64,000 bases of DNA from an uncultured bacterium (GTDB lineage: Bacteria; Babelota; Babeliae; Babelales; Vermiphilaceae): contig OY970172.1 of NCBI GenBank assembly GCA_963707655.1, forward strand, positions 544,001 to 608,000, read 5' to 3'. The position numbers and the translations under genes were made by a program. Below are positions 58,909 through 64,000 of the stretch, one piece after another (positions within the stretch are counted from its first letter, which is position 1; each line of letters begins with the position of its first letter). Under the pieces are notes generated by a model. That model did not search any database and was not told the DNA's origin. It saw only the letters and a program-made list of their open reading frames with translations.

Positions 58909-59160
58909 GCCCTTACGCAGGGCAACCCGCCAAAGGGGATGCTGCCACCCCCTTTGGAAACCAGGCACTTAAAACTACGTTTTTATCAATGATATAAAGA
59001 ATTCCGGTAGTTTCGGCGAGGCCCGTAACAATTTCAGAAATTGTGTGTGGCCGACTTCGAAACGTGGAGAAGAAGATTCTTAAGATGTTAATCTTAAGCG
59101 TGCGAAGTCCAGAAGGGGTCACGATACCCCTTTCTGGCGCAATGCCTGCGCAAGGACCCA
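58909..59160. other. Highly structured palindromic intergenic element (ncRNA or MITE/REP-like)
   Basis: Complementary ends and at least five internal hairpins; see findings. Confidence 0.55.
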
Positions 59161-59255
59161 AGGGGCTACTATACTTGCCAACACAGAGTTGGTACAATAA
59201 CATCAAGACTAAAAAATATCTTCAGGTAACCTCTACTCTTTTCCGCAGGATCGGT

Positions 59256-60701
59256 ATGACTTCACAACTTCCTATTCGTGTACGCTTTGCACCATCCCCA
59301 ACAGGTATGATGCATCTGGGCAATGTCCGCGCAGTTTTAATGAACTATCTTTTTGCCCGGCAAAAAGAGGGTGTTTTTATCATTAGAATTGAGGATACCG
59401 ACCAGCAGCGCAACATTGATACCGGCGTTGCAGGCATTCTTGATGATATTTTATGGCTCGGATTAGATTATGATGAGGGCCCTATAAAAGGGGGCCATTA
59501 TGAGCCATATTTTCAATCGGAGCGCACTTCAATTTATCAAGAAAAATTAACCGTATTGCAACACCGGGAACTTGCCTATCGTTGTTTTTGCACCCCTGAA
59601 GAATTGGAAAAAAAGAGACAACGACAAATTGCACTCAAGCAACCTCCCCGTTATGATCGCACCTGTCTACACATTTCTGCTGAGCAAATCAAAGAGAATT
59701 TAGCAGCGCACAAGCCTTTCAACTGGCGCTTTAAATTGCCCGATGGCACCATAGCAATTCATGATATGGCCAGAGGGATTATTACTTTTGATATGAAAAA
59801 CTTTTCAGACTTTGCTCTGACTCGTCAAGACGGCAGCTTTACTTTTATGTTTGCCAACTTTGTTGACGATATGGTGATGGTTATTAGCCATGTAATTCGT
59901 GGCGAAGATCATTTAACCAATACCGCAGGGCAAGCGGCATTGTACAAAGCGTTTAATGTCAACCTACCCATGTTTTGGCATTTGCCGATTATTGGCAATG
60001 CGCAAGGACAAAAATTATCGAAACGTGATTTTGGCTTTTCTTTACAAGATTTACGCGCTGCCGGATACTTACCCGAAGCAATCTGTAACTATCTGGCCAT
60101 TATAGGTGGCGGCTCATTTGAGCAAGAAATCATGCCCTTGCATGAACTGGTGCGCGCTATGAATTTTGATAATTTAAGCGCAACCGGTCAAGTGCGCTAT
60201 GATATTGAAAAATTGCGCTGGATGAATCATAAGTGGATTGAAAAGCTCGATCTTGAAGATCTCGCCCGGCGCTGCATGCCATTTTTAAAAGCGCAATTTC
60301 CCGATGCTAATTTGGATGAAGCAGTACTGGCATCTTTGCTCAAATCGTTGCGCACCGATCTGGTAACCCTGCCCGATGTTGTAACCGCGCTGCAATTTTA
60401 TTTCCAAGCGCCGCAACTGAGCGATGCACAATTACAAGAAAGCATTCCTGCTGATATTCTTGCATCTTTGAAAAACATTATGCGCACTGCTGCTGCATTG
60501 ATTGCAACCGAGCCATCAGCCCAATTTGTTGAACACCTCAAGCAAGAAGCGCAAAAAGAAAAGATCTCAAATAAATATCTTTTTTGGTTTATTCGCCTCT
60601 GTCTGACCGGCAAAGCAAATGGTCCGGCCGTGCATGAACTGATTGATATGCTCGGCAAAATTGAATCTATCAAGCGCATTGAAGCGGTAGTAAAACAGTA
60701 A
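59256..60701 (+). CDS. gltX: Glutamate--tRNA ligase (copy 2)
   Basis: RFAPSPTGMMHLGN, RIEDTD, IRGEDHLTNT, KLSKR; anticodon-binding domain present; start after AGGA. Confidence 0.93.
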   Translation: MTSQLPIRVRFAPSPTGMMHLGNVRAVLMNYLFARQKEGVFIIRIEDTDQQRNIDTGVAGILDDILWLGLDYDEGPIKGGHYEPYFQSERTSIYQEKLTVLQHRELAYRCFCTPEELEKKRQRQIALKQPPRYDRTCLHISAEQIKENLAAHKPFNWRFKLPDGTIAIHDMARGIITFDMKNFSDFALTRQDGSFTFMFANFVDDMVMVISHVIRGEDHLTNTAGQAALYKAFNVNLPMFWHLPIIGNAQGQKLSKRDFGFSLQDLRAAGYLPEAICNYLAIIGGGSFEQEIMPLHELVRAMNFDNLSATGQVRYDIEKLRWMNHKWIEKLDLEDLARRCMPFLKAQFPDANLDEAVLASLLKSLRTDLVTLPDVVTALQFYFQAPQLSDAQLQESIPADILASLKNIMRTAAALIATEPSAQFVEHLKQEAQKEKISNKYLFWFIRLCLTGKANGPAVHELIDMLGKIESIKRIEAVVKQ

Positions 60702-60734
60702 TTATGCGCCATTGCGCAAAAAACAAAGACTGAT

Positions 60735-60974
60735 TTATTCAATCATACGGTTGGGTAGTTTTTGTAGATTTTCTACAATACCCTTGTCTTGATAATAGCG
60801 CATGAGCTCAAGAAAATGAGGCTCGTTAATGGCTGGCACAAAAAATTCAAAAATACTCTTTTCAACATCAAGAGTACGATCAAATGCTAAATGTTCGTGG
60901 CTGCGCAATGTTGCTGCCAAAAACCAGCAGTGCGCGGGTACCACATGTGCCTGATAATAAAAACAATAATTCAT
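60735..60974 (-). CDS. Small conserved hypothetical protein (DUF4911-like)
   Basis: FLAATLRSHEHLAFDRTLD...FEFFVP pattern; family from recall only. Confidence 0.55.
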   Translation of the reverse strand: MNYCFYYQAHVVPAHCWFLAATLRSHEHLAFDRTLDVEKSIFEFFVPAINEPHFLELMRYYQDKGIVENLQKLPNRMIE

Positions 60975-61083
60975 GGGATATGCTGCTTGTTAAATCAACA
61001 ATACTATGTAATGATACTAGAATAAATAAACATAATTAGTATCTCACCAACAGGGATAAAGTAAAGCACTATAAGGAAACATT

Positions 61084-62340
61084 ATGGCATCTTCTTCTGA
61101 GAAAAATAAAATTGGTATAGCAACAGCAACTATAATCGGCATGAATGCAATGATTGGCGCCGGTATCTTTACCGCTCCGGCCGCCATGGCATCAAATGTT
61201 GGTCCGGCAGGCATTATTGCCTATATGTTCGTGGTGGTCGCTGTCTGGTTTATGGCACAGTCGCTCGCGCGGCTCGCGTATCTTTTTCCTCAAGAAGGTT
61301 CTTTTTACACCTATGCAAAACAATGGGGCGGCCATACCGTTGGTTTAATTGCCAGCGCAGCTTATTTTATCGGCTTGTTGGTTGCCATGGGATTACTTTC
61401 TCGCGTTGCCGGTGTTTTTTTGGAAGACTTCTTTCCCTCCGTTTCACCAACAACACTCGGTCTAATTGTTCTGTGGGGGCTGGTAGCGCTCAACATGTGC
61501 GGCATGGCACTCTCTGAGGTTGGTCAACAAGTGCTTATTGTCTGCACCGTGTTTCCCTTATTGATCACTACACTCATTTGCTTTTATCACGCCGATTGGC
61601 ACAATCTCACGCCGTTTATTCCCTATGGCATGGGAAATGTTTTTAAAGCAACGCGTATAGTAATTTTTGGCTTTTTTGGTTTCGAAACAGCGGCATCACT
61701 TTTTGCCATTGTTAAAAATCCGGAGCGCAATGTTCCCCGCGCGCTCACCTATTCAATTATTGCCGTCGGCATCATCTATACGCTTTTTATTGCTTCAATT
61801 ATTGTTTCAACCCCAAGCTCGGTCTTTAGCGGGCCCACCACCAAAGTAACTGATATTTTACGTATTATTTTACCTGGACATCCATGGTTAATAACTATCG
61901 TTAACATATCCATTCTGTCTGCGGTAATTGGTACCGTTCATTCAATGATTTGGAGTTCAAGCACCTTATTAATCGCTTTGATGAAGAAAATAAATTTCAC
62001 TCATGCATTAATTAAAAAGAATGTCATCGGACACAAAACAGCAGTCTTTTTAGTGGGACTCTGCATATGCATCACCTACATCACCTTGACCAACATTGAT
62101 CTTTTCTTTTATATCACCGCTTTATGCATCATAAGTGCCTTTATATTATCAATGATCACCCTGCTCACCATAAAATCAGAATGGCGCTCGGGGCAAAATA
62201 TAAAAACATTGCTTGGTATCGGCACGGCATTAATGATATTTTATTTTGCGGCAGAAGGATTGTGGCAAGAGCTTTTTGTGCAAAAGCAGGTGCAGCAAGA
62301 AATAGTGCAACAGCAAGAAGCAGCGCAAAAAACTCAATAG
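61084..62340 (+). CDS. APC-family amino acid permease
   Basis: MIGAGIF, GSFYTY, FFGFE, KNPERNVPRAL motifs. Confidence 0.93.
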   Translation: MASSSEKNKIGIATATIIGMNAMIGAGIFTAPAAMASNVGPAGIIAYMFVVVAVWFMAQSLARLAYLFPQEGSFYTYAKQWGGHTVGLIASAAYFIGLLVAMGLLSRVAGVFLEDFFPSVSPTTLGLIVLWGLVALNMCGMALSEVGQQVLIVCTVFPLLITTLICFYHADWHNLTPFIPYGMGNVFKATRIVIFGFFGFETAASLFAIVKNPERNVPRALTYSIIAVGIIYTLFIASIIVSTPSSVFSGPTTKVTDILRIILPGHPWLITIVNISILSAVIGTVHSMIWSSSTLLIALMKKINFTHALIKKNVIGHKTAVFLVGLCICITYITLTNIDLFFYITALCIISAFILSMITLLTIKSEWRSGQNIKTLLGIGTALMIFYFAAEGLWQELFVQKQVQQEIVQQQEAAQKTQ

Positions 62341-62351
62341 CAGTATACATA

Positions 62352-62384
62352 TCCGGAACTTGATCGAAGCAATCAGGTTCCGGA
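62352..62384. other. GC-rich hairpin without U-tract (REP-like or weak terminator)
   Basis: TCCGGAACTTGAT-CGAAGCA-ATCAGGTTCCGGA. Confidence 0.55.
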
Positions 62385-62403
62385 AAAGACATTGGCGAAT
62401 AAT

Positions 62404-62433
62404 TTGACGAGCTTAAATTATTGATGCTATAAG
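62404..62433 (+). promoter_or_regulatory. Possible sigma70 promoter
   Basis: TTGACG-18 nt-TATAAG with TG extension, 40 nt before ATG 62473. Confidence 0.4.
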
Positions 62434-62472
62434 TAGTAAAAAATCGACATGTAAAAAAAGGAACTTAGTACA

Positions 62473-64000
62473 ATGTCATTATTCAGCTATCACCAGATCA
62501 AAAAAGCTATCGGCATATTACTGTTTCTGATAGTTCATCAGCCGCAAATCATTGCTACAAATCTTTCTTCTCTTGCGCCTAATGATCCATACCCTGTGTA
62601 CAAAGCAGTGGACCCACAAGAATTTCTTTTCACTTGGGACACACTGTGCATGAAAGGAATTCCTACAGAAAATGATGAATGCTGCCAAGGTGTGAGCATA
62701 GCAATTTCTCCTTTTGGCCAAAACGCCTGTACCGGTAAAAATTTCTGCAATCAGGGTGTGCCACTGGGTGATCTACATGGCCGCTGGAGCATGGTTGGCC
62801 TGCTTATGGGACCGCTGCCTGAGGGACAAACATTACCGCCCACTCTGCTCTCTGCTTTAGAGAATCTCTTTCCCGGCATTGCTCCCGGCACTTTGGATGA
62901 CCCAAACATTATTGATCCCAACCAGACGTTTGGTTTTTTCTCCGTTCCCTTGCGCTATCAAAAACGCGGTCTCCGCTGGGATTTTGCTCTTGATCTGGGT
63001 TATGGTTTTGGTTTTATTTTTCAGGGCGGTATCGCCGACATTGTGCAAAAAGTAGAAGGTTTTGATAATGTAACCTGCTTGCCCTGCCCGTATCCAAGCA
63101 ATGGCACCAATTGCCGTAATGCACTGAGCCAACCATACACGCTTAATGGCAGCGCAAACACAGCGCCAACCAACGCCACTCAAACCGCCGTTAATGTTCC
63201 CAACCTTACCTCTTTGACTACCACTACCACTGGACTATACAACCCTATTAACCCGGAATGTTGTAATCGCTTTTGCGACGCAAGCATTCCCTGCTGCGGC
63301 AGATTTTTTACCCCCACCGCTCCCGTCCAACCTACCGGCTATTTGGCTGCTGAATACCCTAGCTACACCGCACAAAACGTGCAAGCATTTCTTATGAATC
63401 AATTACGCCCGATCGCTCATGATATTGGTCTTGATATTTGTAACTTTCACAAAGTATCGCTTGAAGACCTGCGCTTTGAAATTTATTGGCGCGATGCACA
63501 CATGGTAAATAAAGGGCGCTCAACATGGGCCGAATTTCTCTTTATTCCTTATGTTGAATTTGGCGGATCAGTAGCCGTTGGTAGACCAGAGCATTCAAAT
63601 TATGCTTTTTCGCTTCCGTTTGGTAACAATGGTCACCACTCTGTCGGCGCAACCGGGGGCATCAACCTTGATTTTGTAGACACGGTTGAAATCGGGGCCG
63701 AGGCCGGCATCACCCACTTCTTTGCGCGTGATTATTGCAGCTTACGCATCCCCAACCAAATGCCCGGAAGACAACCGGCTAATCAATGCCAGCTTGGTAT
63801 ATTCCCTTTTAGCACACAGGCATGTGTACAGCCCGGCTTTAACTGGCATTTTGCTGCAAAGCTGGAGACCTATCATTTTATAGATCGCCTCTCATTTTAC
63901 TTCCAATATGTCTTTGTTCATCATGAACATGACCACATTCGACTCATAAAGCCTGACCCGGCATTCGTTCCTTGTGTTTTGGAAGAACAATCAAGCTTCA
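62473..64000 (+). CDS. Cys-rich putative outer-membrane beta-barrel protein, truncated by window edge
   Basis: Not in ORF track (no stop). Manual translation MSLFSYHQIKKAIGILLFLIV... is open to 64000; FSLPFGNNGHHSVG and ITHFFAR match motifs of the 38805 protein. Confidence 0.8.
   Translation, partial: MSLFSYHQIKKAIGILLFLIVHQPQIIATNLSSLAPNDPYPVYKAVDPQEFLFTWDTLCMKGIPTENDECCQGVSIAISPFGQNACTGKNFCNQGVPLGDLHGRWSMVGLLMGPLPEGQTLPPTLLSALENLFPGIAPGTLDDPNIIDPNQTFGFFSVPLRYQKRGLRWDFALDLGYGFGFIFQGGIADIVQKVEGFDNVTCLPCPYPSNGTNCRNALSQPYTLNGSANTAPTNATQTAVNVPNLTSLTTTTTGLYNPINPECCNRFCDASIPCCGRFFTPTAPVQPTGYLAAEYPSYTAQNVQAFLMNQLRPIAHDIGLDICNFHKVSLEDLRFEIYWRDAHMVNKGRSTWAEFLFIPYVEFGGSVAVGRPEHSNYAFSLPFGNNGHHSVGATGGINLDFVDTVEIGAEAGITHFFARDYCSLRIPNQMPGRQPANQCQLGIFPFSTQACVQPGFNWHFAAKLETYHFIDRLSFYFQYVFVHHEHDHIRLIKPDPAFVPCVLEEQSSF

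Noticed and set aside
58909..59255. T-box, tmRNA, RNase P or SRP RNA; also ORF 58913..59206 and the upstream extension of gltX from 59043
   Set aside because: Diagnostic consensus motifs were not found; the ORFs are by-products of the palindromic element, and GluRS homology starts at 59256.
62518..63883. Short ORFs listed near the window end
   Set aside because: All overlap the long open frame 62473..>64000.

Overview
A low-GC bacterial chromosomal segment. The gene content (exported hypothetical proteins, paralogous Cys-rich beta-barrel-like proteins, Tol genes, reduced lipid genes) suggests an intracellular protist parasite, possibly Ca. Dependentiae/Babeliales; this is an inference. One 22.1-kb ORF (~7,370 aa) takes up a third of the window. 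It is a signal-peptide-bearing repetitive fibre/adhesin with near-identical 1242-bp and 1287-bp tandem repeats, three beta-helix modules, a phage-tail-fibre-like segment, 14-aa beta-roll repeats and a C-terminal peptidase-S74-like chaperone. The rest is housekeeping (LOG, SSS and APC transporters, RRM protein, HAD, uppS, gpsA, Ku, tolQRAB, acpP, fabD, two gltX, plsX, rpmF, dprA, nitroreductase, gyrA, ftsL/ftsI, transaldolase, thioredoxin, esterase). Orphan exported proteins are interspersed, and several share a signal peptide followed by (A/G)-M-D. Other oddities: a FabD lacking its catalytic Ser, a SOCS/BC-box-like propeller protein, a ~250-nt nested palindromic element before the second gltX, and a perfect palindrome inside the RRM-gene promoter. 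Frameshifts in gyrA (8 single-base insertions), uppS and tolB are most likely sequencing errors. No rRNA, tRNA, CRISPR array or transposase was recognised.
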